Origin: a virus
Lineage: Duplodnaviria > Caudoviricetes
Reading direction: 5' to 3' (one strand)
Virus record (IMG/VR): IMGVR_UViG_3300010885_022465
Span: 532-64,531 of that record
Length of the DNA stretch: 64,000 nucleotides
Part shown: piece by piece, positions 16,900 to 25,468 of the stretch
How the letters are laid out: each line of letters starts with the position of its first letter
Numbering within the stretch: the first letter of the stretch is position 1
Translations under genes and position numbers: made by a program
Notes under the pieces: generated by a model
Told to the model about the DNA's origin: nothing
Database searches by the model: none
The model's input: only the letters and a program-made list of their open reading frames with translations

Positions 16900-17643
16900 A
16901 TGGAAAAGATGCAATGGTTTAAGTTCTCAATTTCCGAATGGAAGATGGGGAAGATTCAGAAGTGCACCAAAGAAGCTAAGTCAGCCTTTATGGAGTTGTG
17001 TTGTTTGTATTGGATAAATGAAACCAAACTTTCTATTGAAGATGCAATTATCGAATGCGATGAAGAGAACTACAGAAATTTATTATCTAAAAAAGTAATC
17101 AAGGAAGTAGATGGATTTATTAATATTTATTTTTTAGATGAACAGTTTGAAAATATACTAGAAAAATCTGTAAAGGCAAGAGAATCAGTAGAAAAGAGAT
17201 GGTCAAAACGTAATACGAACGTATTACAGTCGAATAACGAACGTAATACAAACGTAATACGACCGAATTACGAACGTAATACAGAAGAGAAGAGAAGAGA
17301 AAAAGAATATACTTTCGATTTTAAAAAATCTCTTTTGTCTTTAGGTTTTGATTCTGCTCTAGTAGATGAATGGCTGAAAGTTCGTAAGGCTAAAAAACTT
17401 ACTAATACACAAACAGCATTCAATAAGTTTGTAAAGCAAGTTGAACTTACAGGTGTAGATAAGAATTTAGTCCTAGAGAAATGTGTTGAGAAAAGTTGGG
17501 GAGGATTTGAAAGCTCCTGGATTAATCAATCTACATTTTCTAATGCTAAAGTAGAGGTTAAGATATTAGGTGTTACTGCTGACGGAGAAGAAGTCACAGA
17601 CCCTTTAGTGTTTCACGTGTATAAACAAATGGGTAAATTATGA
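16900..17643 (+). CDS. replication initiator (lambda O / replisome organiser type)
   Basis: MQWFKF N-terminus, internal iterons, C-terminal EWLKVRKAKK...EKSWGGF domain; upstream of helicase. Confidence 0.75.
   Translation: MEKMQWFKFSISEWKMGKIQKCTKEAKSAFMELCCLYWINETKLSIEDAIIECDEENYRNLLSKKVIKEVDGFINIYFLDEQFENILEKSVKARESVEKRWSKRNTNVLQSNNERNTNVIRPNYERNTEEKRREKEYTFDFKKSLLSLGFDSALVDEWLKVRKAKKLTNTQTAFNKFVKQVELTGVDKNLVLEKCVEKSWGGFESSWINQSTFSNAKVEVKILGVTADGEEVTDPLVFHVYKQMGKL
17207..17305. repeat. Replication origin: 11-bp-phased iterons AACGTAATAC plus purine tract
   Basis: Copies at 17207, 17218 (variant), 17240, 17251, 17273; degenerate at 17229, 17262; then AGAAGAGAAGAGAAGAGAAAAAG. Confidence 0.75.
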
Positions 17644-18605
17644 TACTACCATCAGGACATAGTAACGATTACTTGGTTGACTACAAAGATGGGAAGATAC
17701 AAAAGGGATTAGGTTTAGGTATTTCTTTTGATGAATACCTGCTATTCAAAAGAAGACAGTTGAATATTATATTAGGTCATGATAACGTAGGAAAGTCTTA
17801 CTGGTTTGAATGGTACATGCTAGCGCTAAGCTCTCAACACGATTTAAAGTGGACCATATGGATGGGAGAAAATTCATCAGGTCAAGTAATGAGAGATTTA
17901 ATTCAGATGTATTCAGGAAAACACTTCAAGGATTTATCTTACAATGAAATAAGAAAATATGCAATAAAGATAGAACATTGGTTTACGTTTGTATCAAACG
18001 CTAGATTGTATAAGCCACATGAACTGCTAGATATTTTCAATAGTACAAATGCAGATGGTTGTTTCATTGACCCTTTCACAGGATTGGATAGAGGAATGAC
18101 ACATGCAGATAACTACGAGTTTTTAAATACCACAAGGCAGTTTTGTAATCAAACAAACAAAACAGTTTATGTATCTACACACCCAACGTCAGAGTCAGGA
18201 AGAACAAGTATGCTTTACCCTGATGGACACATGTGGAAGGGACACCTTAGAGCACCAATGAAAGCTCACGTAGAAGGTGGTAAACCATTCCTTAATCGTT
18301 GTGATGATATGATTGTAATACATAGACTTGTTAAGCATCAAGACATGAAGTATAGCACCATGATTGATGTTGAGAAAATTAAAGATAGAGACACAGGTGG
18401 TCAGCAAACATCATTGAACGAGCCAATACTATTTGAGTTCAATAATGGTTTAGGATTTAAGTTAGGAGGTATAGATGCTATCAAAAGAGCAAGGCAAGAG
18501 CCTGAGCAAACGTCTTTGCAAGTTCCAAGTTATCCACCACCTGTGAACTTTTACGAAACAGGAAGACAGAGTAATGAATTTGAGGATGAAGATTGTCCTT
18601 TTTAA
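17640..18605 (+). CDS. DnaB/SF4-type replicative helicase
   Basis: Walker A GHDNVGKS, IDPF, STHP, KIKDR arginine-finger region. Confidence 0.8.
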   Translation: MILPSGHSNDYLVDYKDGKIQKGLGLGISFDEYLLFKRRQLNIILGHDNVGKSYWFEWYMLALSSQHDLKWTIWMGENSSGQVMRDLIQMYSGKHFKDLSYNEIRKYAIKIEHWFTFVSNARLYKPHELLDIFNSTNADGCFIDPFTGLDRGMTHADNYEFLNTTRQFCNQTNKTVYVSTHPTSESGRTSMLYPDGHMWKGHLRAPMKAHVEGGKPFLNRCDDMIVIHRLVKHQDMKYSTMIDVEKIKDRDTGGQQTSLNEPILFEFNNGLGFKLGGIDAIKRARQEPEQTSLQVPSYPPPVNFYETGRQSNEFEDEDCPF

Positions 18606-18616
18606 AATTAAAGATT

Positions 18617-18844
18617 ATGGGAAAGATAATATTAGAGTTTGACTCAGTAGAAGAATTTATTGAAGCTCAAGATGCAGTAAATGCTCACAGATGGAAAGGT
18701 ATATGTTGGGATTTAAACCAATGGTTTAGGTCAGAACTTAAATACAATGAAGACAACTTAAGCGAATCAGCTTACGATGCAATAGAGAAAGCATCAGAGA
18801 AGTTTCATGAATTACTAAATGACGAAGGATTAAAATTATTATAG
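18617..18844 (+). CDS. hypothetical protein
   Basis: MGKIILEFDS...; start placed at the ATG. Confidence 0.6.
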   Translation: MGKIILEFDSVEEFIEAQDAVNAHRWKGICWDLNQWFRSELKYNEDNLSESAYDAIEKASEKFHELLNDEGLKLL

Positions 18845-18845
18845 T

Positions 18846-19139
18846 ATGAACGAGTTAGAAATATTGCTTGCTCACAACTCGCTATCTGTATCTATTCAAT
18901 GGCTAACAACAAAGATTGGTGTCGCTGAAAGAAGACCCGAACAAAACAAAGAGCTAATAGAATCTATGCAGTATCAAGTTGCGCTTTTACAGCAAGCAGC
19001 AAGCACATTTAGAGGGCTGGAGAAAGAATTCCGAGTCAGTAGACAGAGAAACTGTGACCTTGAGTTTGTATCATTACAATACAAGATTAAGAATGACAAG
19101 TTAGAACAAGACAAACAAGATTTATTAAATTTAATATGA
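18846..19139 (+). CDS. hypothetical coiled-coil protein
   Basis: ORF in operon. Confidence 0.6.
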   Translation: MNELEILLAHNSLSVSIQWLTTKIGVAERRPEQNKELIESMQYQVALLQQAASTFRGLEKEFRVSRQRNCDLEFVSLQYKIKNDKLEQDKQDLLNLI

Positions 19140-19411
19140 CGTTACCATACAGGCAAAAACCATCAGTAGTTTCTATTCACATATTTAATCATTACGGGTT
19201 TAACGGAAGAGCGTCAACACTTGAGCATTTCGACATAACAGACAAAGAATTAAATGCTGTGTTAATTAAAAACATTGAGCCAAGACAACCTAATGAACGC
19301 GAATCAAAGTATCAGTATTCTCAAACAGAGGAAGAAATGCTAACAGAGTTTACGTGTACATACGATGAACTTAGCGAAAAAGAAAAAGTAATTTATAATT
19401 TAAAACCATAA
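19136..19411 (+). CDS. hypothetical protein
   Basis: ATGA coupling. Confidence 0.6.
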   Translation: MTLPYRQKPSVVSIHIFNHYGFNGRASTLEHFDITDKELNAVLIKNIEPRQPNERESKYQYSQTEEEMLTEFTCTYDELSEKEKVIYNLKP

Positions 19412-19414
19412 ACC

Positions 19415-19873
19415 ATGAGAGTAAGAAAAGAATACACAGCGCAAATAATGAATTGTTTAAATTCATTCAAAGAAGTACACAAATTAAATGGAGGTAAAGC
19501 AGTATTAAGTTTTACAAAGTTTGCACAGAACAAAGGTCTAGGTCCTTTTGAAGTACAAGCAATATTTAAGATGAAGTTAATTCAGTACGAAAAAAGAGGT
19601 TACTATACCTTGAGTTATGAGCAAGTAACAAAACAGCAGGCTAAAAAAGTTGATGCTGAAGCTAACAGGATGCAAAAGAAATATGTTGCCAATTACAACA
19701 AAAGAATGGCAGATAAGCAAACGCAAGCTGAGCCTTTACCTACAGCAAGTCTACCTGTGGTAGAAGGTAATATCGCTACAGTAGATTATATACCAAAAGT
19801 AAAACAGCCAGTAAAAGAACAAAGAAAAAAATCGTTCTCTATGTTGTGGGGAATGATTAAATTTGAATATTAA
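19415..19873 (+). CDS. hypothetical protein
   Basis: 152-aa ORF ending SMLWGMIKFEY. Confidence 0.65.
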   Translation: MRVRKEYTAQIMNCLNSFKEVHKLNGGKAVLSFTKFAQNKGLGPFEVQAIFKMKLIQYEKRGYYTLSYEQVTKQQAKKVDAEANRMQKKYVANYNKRMADKQTQAEPLPTASLPVVEGNIATVDYIPKVKQPVKEQRKKSFSMLWGMIKFEY

Positions 19874-19880
19874 TTAATCT

Positions 19881-19998
19881 AAAAGGTGAGTATCTACGAG
19901 CTAGATTGAGTGAATAAATTACGCGAGAACGGAATAAAAAACCTTATTCGGGGCTAAACTTTACACCAGGTCCTATTTACGCTGGGCTCACCTTTTTT
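19881..19998 (+). ncRNA. Intergenic multibranch RNA structure
   Basis: AAAAGGTGAG / CTCACCTTTT closing stem around three inner hairpins. Confidence 0.45.
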
Positions 19999-20011
19999 AA
20001 AACTAAAAATC

Positions 20012-20251
20012 ATGAAAGAAGAATACGATTACATAAACCCTGAACATTACAAAAATGGAGGGAAAGAAACAATACAAATGATGGAAGACATTTGGGGAGC
20101 TCAAGCATTAATCGCTCACTGCGAAATGACAGCTTTCAAGTACCGAATGAGAGTAGGGAAAAAACCTGACCAACCTGTTGAAAGAGACCTAGAGAAAGCT
20201 AAATGGTATGAAGACAAAGCTAAAGAACTTAAAATGAATAACCCTTTTTAA
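20012..20251 (+). CDS. DUF3310-like phage protein
   Basis: INPEHY...ETI...KYRMRVGKK...DLEKAKWY. Confidence 0.8.
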   Translation: MKEEYDYINPEHYKNGGKETIQMMEDIWGAQALIAHCEMTAFKYRMRVGKKPDQPVERDLEKAKWYEDKAKELKMNNPF

Positions 20252-20259
20252 TCACTATC

Positions 20260-20439
20260 ATGAAAATAGAACCACAACCAAAAAACTACACAATCAACAA
20301 AGAAATGATGTTCTTTAGTGAATGGGAAAAAGTTTCTTTGTCTGACCTTGAGCAATACTTTACGATAGAGGCGTTAGCATTGCTTATTAAAAACAATTAT
20401 ATAATTCGAGATTCAACATCTATTAAACCTAACAAATAA
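20260..20439 (+). CDS. small hypothetical protein (59 aa)
   Basis: AATCACTATC-ATG leader. Confidence 0.5.
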   Translation: MKIEPQPKNYTINKEMMFFSEWEKVSLSDLEQYFTIEALALLIKNNYIIRDSTSIKPNK

Positions 20440-20510
20440 CATGGAAGAGATTTACAATGAATTCGGAGAAGTAGGAGCTCCTAGTATTTACGAGATTACA
20501 AAAATTTATT

Positions 20511-20669
20511 ATGAAAATAACGACAGCAAAAATAATCCGAGAACTTGAAAAGAAAGGGTACGGAAGTAATTTCCTAAATGGAGATTTAGTACACGCACTT
20601 ATAGCGAATACTAGAAACGTAATCGATGAGATTCTAAAAGAACAAAAAGGCTTAACAATTAAAAAGTAA
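20511..20669 (+). CDS. small hypothetical protein
   Basis: MKITTAKIIRELEKKG... Confidence 0.45.
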   Translation: MKITTAKIIRELEKKGYGSNFLNGDLVHALIANTRNVIDEILKEQKGLTIKK

Positions 20670-20673
20670 AGTT

Positions 20674-20853
20674 ATGACAGCAGTAGAATGGTTAGAAAAA
20701 AGATTTATAGAAACAGAAGGTAATCTATATGAAGAAGATTTTATAAAAGCCAAAGAAATGGAATTAGAAAAATTACAACAAGCGTATGAAAGAGGATTAA
20801 ATGCCGCGAAACAATCTAATAATGAATTTGGCAGTATATTTAAAGAGTATTAA
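20674..20853 (+). CDS. small hypothetical protein (MTAVEWL...AKEME type)
   Basis: Motif common in flavobacterial phages. Confidence 0.55.
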   Translation: MTAVEWLEKRFIETEGNLYEEDFIKAKEMELEKLQQAYERGLNAAKQSNNEFGSIFKEY

Positions 20854-20857
20854 GACT

Positions 20858-21085
20858 ATGAAAAAATATTGTTTCACGTGTGGTAAACGATTACCACTTA
20901 TAATGTACCATAGAGATGATTCTAAATATCAATTAAAATCAAATAAGGGTAAGACTATCGAATGCAGATTTTGTACGCTTAAACGAAACTTAAACGATAA
21001 AGGGCTTATGAATAGAATAGATGGAAAATTTCAATTCGTGCCAATGACTAGGTTTGAAATAATTAAATACTTTTTTAAAAGATGA
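20858..21085 (+). CDS. CxxC zinc-binding hypothetical protein
   Basis: MKKYCFTC...CRFC. Confidence 0.55.
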   Translation: MKKYCFTCGKRLPLIMYHRDDSKYQLKSNKGKTIECRFCTLKRNLNDKGLMNRIDGKFQFVPMTRFEIIKYFFKR

Positions 21086-21252
21086 AATGTCCTAATTGCA
21101 AGAAAGAAACAAGTTGTGGATGCAATTCCTGTAAGGATAGACCTCACAGTTATGAGCGTAACGTTATGAAAGGAGACTTTATAACCTGTCCTTACTGCGA
21201 AAAAACAGAGCATTGCGACACCTGGTTAAACAATGAATATAAAGTATTATGA
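21082..21252 (+). CDS. small Cys-rich protein (56 aa)
   Basis: MKCPNC..CGCNSC..CPYC..HC; ATGA-coupled on both sides. Confidence 0.55.
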   Translation: MKCPNCKKETSCGCNSCKDRPHSYERNVMKGDFITCPYCEKTEHCDTWLNNEYKVL

Positions 21253-21530
21253 AACCTCAGATATACATAGCCAACATAACGGTTACAGCAACCACAAAGG
21301 TTAGAGGTAACAGAACTGATAGCTACGACTACAACATTGAATCGTATCCAATACTTCTTCTTCAAGGCAAAATAGCATCAAGCAAATCAGCAGAAAGAAT
21401 TTACACGAAAGTGTATAAAACATTTATTAATAAGAAGACATACGCTGACTATACGTTTCGTATTAAGAAGATTGATAAGGCAAAATATAGTTCAGAAATA
21501 AGTTATATTTTTGATAAAACTATACATTAG
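21249..21530 (+). CDS. hypothetical protein
   Basis: 93-aa ORF. Confidence 0.6.
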   Translation: MKPQIYIANITVTATTKVRGNRTDSYDYNIESYPILLLQGKIASSKSAERIYTKVYKTFINKKTYADYTFRIKKIDKAKYSSEISYIFDKTIH

Positions 21531-21574
21531 TGACAACAAAAATTTGTACATTTACTAATCTTAATTTATAAATT

Positions 21575-22276
21575 ATGGAAAAACAAATCATGCAAACACT
21601 TGAGTTTCAAAAAGGAGTTTTAGCTCCATTGCCTCAAGTACCAACTCTTCTTCCAAAAGCTAGAGCAAAGCTAAGACAAAACTTGTTACAGGAAGAAGTA
21701 ACAGAAATATCTACAGCAGTAGAAGACTGGTATCATCCAATAATGGATATTCAAAAACCAACGGAAGAAGAAACCTTAACAGAAGTTCTCGATGGTATCA
21801 TTGACTCCATATACATTCTTCTAGGTACTGCACATGAGTATGGATTGGCAGACAGATTAATCCTAGCATTTGATGAGGTACACAACTCAAACATGAGTAA
21901 GTTTGATGAGAATGGTAAAGCTATCTTTAGAGAAGATGGTAAGGTAATCAAAGGTGAAAGATACCGAGCTCCAAACTTAACTCAAATAATCAAGAAAGAC
22001 TTAACTGTTTTCAAAAGTGAAGCAGTTCAAGCATTAAACGAAGTAATTCAAAATGAACAAAAAGAGTTTATCAAAAAGGTTGACAACAAAATATTAGAGT
22101 TATTACCTAATGATAAAAAATTAAGCTGGGCATCGTTCGTTTCGTTATCTGAAGAGTTCTCAGAAATTATAGAAGTAAGTTATGACTTTTCTGACTTGTT
22201 GAATGGTAGAAAGGCTACCGTGACAATAGACGGAGAAACTAACGTAATCAAAGAGAACAACAACTTAGTAGACTAA
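21575..22276 (+). CDS. MazG-like / PRA-PH family NTP pyrophosphohydrolase
   Basis: LLQEEVTE, DGIIDSIYILLG, FDEVHNSNMSK, REDGKVIKG. Confidence 0.85.
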   Translation: MEKQIMQTLEFQKGVLAPLPQVPTLLPKARAKLRQNLLQEEVTEISTAVEDWYHPIMDIQKPTEEETLTEVLDGIIDSIYILLGTAHEYGLADRLILAFDEVHNSNMSKFDENGKAIFREDGKVIKGERYRAPNLTQIIKKDLTVFKSEAVQALNEVIQNEQKEFIKKVDNKILELLPNDKKLSWASFVSLSEEFSEIIEVSYDFSDLLNGRKATVTIDGETNVIKENNNLVD

Positions 22277-22671
22277 TGATTATCAAGAGAGCAAAGTACG
22301 GGAATACCAAAGTAATTGTTGATGGAGTTAAATTCGACAGCAAACTTGAATTATACCTGTACAATGCTCTCAAAAATAATGAACTTGATTTTGACTTTCA
22401 AGTAAACATTGAGTTAGTGCCAAAGTTTAGGTTTCAACAAGAAAATATTAGAGCAATAGGAATGAGAGTAGATTTCCTGCTACGACATAATCATAAAGAA
22501 ATTTTCATTGATACCAAAGGCTTTGCTACTTCAGATGCAAAAATGAAATACAAGATGTTAAAGTTTAAATTCAAAGACCAGCCAAGTACATACATCATTT
22601 GGCTCAAAACACAGAAAGATGTAAATGCTTTTATATTTAATTTAAAAAATAAAGATTATGAACCCAAATGA
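22276..22671 (+). CDS. DUF1064-like PD-(D/E)xK endonuclease
   Basis: KYGNTKVIVDGVKFDSKLE...VDF...IDTKG. Confidence 0.8.
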   Translation: MIIKRAKYGNTKVIVDGVKFDSKLELYLYNALKNNELDFDFQVNIELVPKFRFQQENIRAIGMRVDFLLRHNHKEIFIDTKGFATSDAKMKYKMLKFKFKDQPSTYIIWLKTQKDVNAFIFNLKNKDYEPK

Positions 22672-23062
22672 ATTATTAGAATTATTGAAAGGATTAGAAC
22701 ATGTTAACTCTGCGGAAGACATGGCAAAATTCTTAAAAGATTATAACAAAAAACAAAAAAAGAAAGAACAAGAAAAGTCAAAAGCAGAAGAGAAAGAAGA
22801 AAAGTATGTTGAATATTCAAGAAAAATATCAAAAGCTATAATTGAAATTCTAACAGATGAAAACAATCCTAACCATATTGATATAAATGAATTGTCACAA
22901 TATGATAATGGAGACCAATTTGTACACGCACTAGCAAACATAGCTCCTGCATATGTATTAGATGCAATCACAAATGACGATAGAGATGATGAAGATTCTA
23001 TCGACAGAAACACTAATTATTTACGATTAATTATTAAATATGCTAAACCAAGTAAAAAATAA
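22658..23062 (+). CDS. hypothetical protein
   Basis: 134-aa ORF. Confidence 0.6.
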   Translation: MNPNELLELLKGLEHVNSAEDMAKFLKDYNKKQKKKEQEKSKAEEKEEKYVEYSRKISKAIIEILTDENNPNHIDINELSQYDNGDQFVHALANIAPAYVLDAITNDDRDDEDSIDRNTNYLRLIIKYAKPSKK

Positions 23063-23270
23063 TAGCTTTGAAACCAAAGTTAATAAAGTAAAGGCACACC
23101 TTTCAAGCGCAGGAAGTATAACTTCTTGGCAAGCAATCTCTCTTTACAGAGCAACACGATTAAGTGCAATCATATTCAACTTACGAAAAAATGGTTGGAA
23201 TATAACATCGGTTCGCATGGAAGATGGAGAATCTAAATTTGTAAAATACATATACACAAAACAAATATGA
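23040..23270 (+). CDS. winged helix-turn-helix protein
   Basis: ITSWQAISLYRATRLSAIIFNLRKNGWNI. Confidence 0.75.
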   Translation: MLNQVKNNSFETKVNKVKAHLSSAGSITSWQAISLYRATRLSAIIFNLRKNGWNITSVRMEDGESKFVKYIYTKQI

Positions 23271-23689
23271 AAACAATCAACAGAGTAGAGCTAATTGCTC
23301 ACGTAGGAAGTATCGAATTTAGACAATTTGAAACAGGAAAAGAAATTTGCAACTTATCTGTAGCTACAAAAAATTCTTACAAAAAAGCTGACGGAGAATG
23401 GGCAGAGGATACAGAATGGCACAGATGTGTATTCGCAATTCCAAACCTCATCGAAAGAATGAGAAACGTAGCTAAAGGAGATTACGTAAGAATTGAAGGA
23501 GCTATCAGAACCAAAACCTGGAAGAACAAAGAAGGAGTTGAACAAGTGAGCAGAGAAATTACTTGCTTCCAATTTGATACTTTATCTAAGGCTGGGAATA
23601 AAGAAGAGGTATCTACTCCTGCTCCTGTAAAAGCAACAAGACCTAGCGCAGCAACAGTGTTAGATGAGCAAGATGATTTACCATTCTGA
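23267..23689 (+). CDS. ssb: single-stranded DNA-binding protein
   Basis: INRVELIAHVG, TEWHR, KGDYVRIEGAIRT, DDLPF C-terminus. Confidence 0.9.
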   Translation: MKTINRVELIAHVGSIEFRQFETGKEICNLSVATKNSYKKADGEWAEDTEWHRCVFAIPNLIERMRNVAKGDYVRIEGAIRTKTWKNKEGVEQVSREITCFQFDTLSKAGNKEEVSTPAPVKATRPSAATVLDEQDDLPF

Positions 23690-23703
23690 TTAAATTATGA
23701 ACC

Positions 23704-23943
23704 ATGGAAACCTATAAGTTAGACTTAAATTCTAAAGACATTGGTGAGATAGTAACAATCATCAGAGTTCATCGATTTAAACTAAGCCTTGAAGCCTTTG
23801 CTAAGCACTTTAAGATAACTGAAAGGTCGCTAGAATTAATTGAAGATGGTAGAGGGAATTCAGGTGTCGCTCTTTTGAAAAAGATAAAAGAAAAATATCC
23901 GAAATTCATTGACTTCAAATTGGAGGTAAAACTCAAGAAATAA
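23704..23943 (+). CDS. XRE-like helix-turn-helix protein
   Basis: LSLEAFAKHFKITERSLELIEDG. Confidence 0.65.
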   Translation: METYKLDLNSKDIGEIVTIIRVHRFKLSLEAFAKHFKITERSLELIEDGRGNSGVALLKKIKEKYPKFIDFKLEVKLKK

Positions 23944-23947
23944 CAAT

Positions 23948-23976
23948 AAGCCTGCGCAATATGCGTGGGTTTTTTT
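23948..23976 (+). terminator. intrinsic terminator ending the early/replication arm
   Basis: GCCTGCGCA-ata-TGCGTGGGT plus T run. Confidence 0.75.
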
Positions 23977-24004
23977 GTTTGTGTGACACTAAAGTTTTTG
24001 TTTG

Positions 24005-24012
24005 TATATTTG
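24005..24012 (+). promoter_or_regulatory. -7 promoter element for receptor-binding cassette
   Basis: TATATTTG just after the terminator, upstream of ATG 24034. Confidence 0.65.
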
Positions 24013-24033
24013 CTTAAACTAAAAACTAAAACA

Positions 24034-24573
24034 ATGTACGGAACAGTTATAATTAGTCGTTCGTATCGCGATAGAAATAACATAAGATTTTCTACTGATA
24101 ACGGAACTACATATACTGAATTACCTAAAGCAGGATTAATTTATGATGCTATTGCTAATGGTGTTAATAATACAATCCCTAATTCAGTAAATAAAAATCT
24201 ACCTGAAAAAAACTTAATGATTTTCACTTGGTCAGGAAGAGAAAATTTTAGATTAAAGTTTGATTGGAAAAAATCAAGTATCAATGGATATTCATCCATA
24301 AGTATAGCTCAAGCATTGTATAACATGCAAAATTTATTGGCAGAAAATATATCTTCAGTTCAATATCATTTCACAGCTGGAACGCATAGTATTGGAATGG
24401 ATTTCTTGGTTGCAGTTGGAATTATAGTTAACACAGGGACTATTATTATTGATGGTGCTAACCCATTACCTGCTGGAACTTATTTATTCAATGCTCCTAC
24501 AGGTAGTTATTTAAATTACAAAACAATAACACTAACAGGTAATGCAGATATTATTTACGAATTTATTTCTTAA
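24034..24573 (+). CDS. putative structural/adaptor protein
   Basis: Start placed at ATG 24034 (MYGTVII); first gene of the cassette. Confidence 0.6.
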   Translation: MYGTVIISRSYRDRNNIRFSTDNGTTYTELPKAGLIYDAIANGVNNTIPNSVNKNLPEKNLMIFTWSGRENFRLKFDWKKSSINGYSSISIAQALYNMQNLLAENISSVQYHFTAGTHSIGMDFLVAVGIIVNTGTIIIDGANPLPAGTYLFNAPTGSYLNYKTITLTGNADIIYEFIS

Positions 24574-24575
24574 TC

Positions 24576-25466
24576 ATGAATATCATATATCCAGGAGGAA
24601 TTCCAACATCCGATAAAGGCGTGGCAAATGGAGTAGCTACATTAGATGCAAACGCTTTAATTCCTATTTCTCAAATTCCTCCTTCTGCACTTGAAAGATT
24701 GGTTGTTGTAGCGAATCAAACGAGTAGATATGCTTTAAATAACTCTCAAGCTCAAAACGGGGATACAATTAAGCAAACAGATACAGGTGCTTTTTATTAT
24801 GTTATTGACGACACAAATCTTGCAAATTCAAGTGGTTATTCTATTTATACCGCTGGAACTGCTTCATCTGTTGCGTGGTCAGGAATCACAGGTGTTCCTA
24901 CCCCTGTAAGTACTTTAACAGGAACAAACACTGGAGACCAAGATTTAAGTTTATTAGCTCCAAAATCTTCACCTACATTTACTGGTACAGTTACAAGTCC
25001 TGCAGTAATTTTAAGTTCAGAAACAGCTTCAACAATTGCTAGTTTTGACGCTTCAAAAAATGTAAAATCATTAAGTACGGCAACTTATCCAAATTTAACT
25101 GAATTAAGTTATGGTAAAGGTGTTACAAGCGCTATTCAAACGCAAATTGATAATAAATCTGATAAAAACTTAACCATTAATAGACAAGCAGCATCTTACA
25201 TATTAGTTGCTGCTGATAACGGGAAGTTGATTGAAATGAACGTAGCAACAGCAAATAGTATCACTATCAACAACTCTTTGTTTAGTGCAGGTAATCAAAT
25301 TGTAATTTCTCAATATGGAGTTGGTCAAGTTAGTTTTGTTGCAGGAAGCGGAGTTACTATTCGTTCTGCAAGTGGAAAATTAAAATTAACAGGGCAATAC
25401 TCAATGGCTACAATTATTGCTATTTCAGCAACAGAGTTTTACTTATCAGGAGATTTAACGGCTTAA
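24576..25466 (+). CDS. tail fibre-like protein
   Basis: KGVANGVATLD motif, SPTFTG, C-terminal Bacteroidota fibre domain (QYGVGQV...LSGDL). Confidence 0.7.
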   Translation: MNIIYPGGIPTSDKGVANGVATLDANALIPISQIPPSALERLVVVANQTSRYALNNSQAQNGDTIKQTDTGAFYYVIDDTNLANSSGYSIYTAGTASSVAWSGITGVPTPVSTLTGTNTGDQDLSLLAPKSSPTFTGTVTSPAVILSSETASTIASFDASKNVKSLSTATYPNLTELSYGKGVTSAIQTQIDNKSDKNLTINRQAASYILVAADNGKLIEMNVATANSITINNSLFSAGNQIVISQYGVGQVSFVAGSGVTIRSASGKLKLTGQYSMATIIAISATEFYLSGDLTA

Positions 25467-25468
25467 TT

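Noticed and set aside
17207-17282. CRISPR-like array
   Set aside because: 10-bp units with 11-bp phasing inside a CDS; these fit origin iterons and there are no spacers or cas genes
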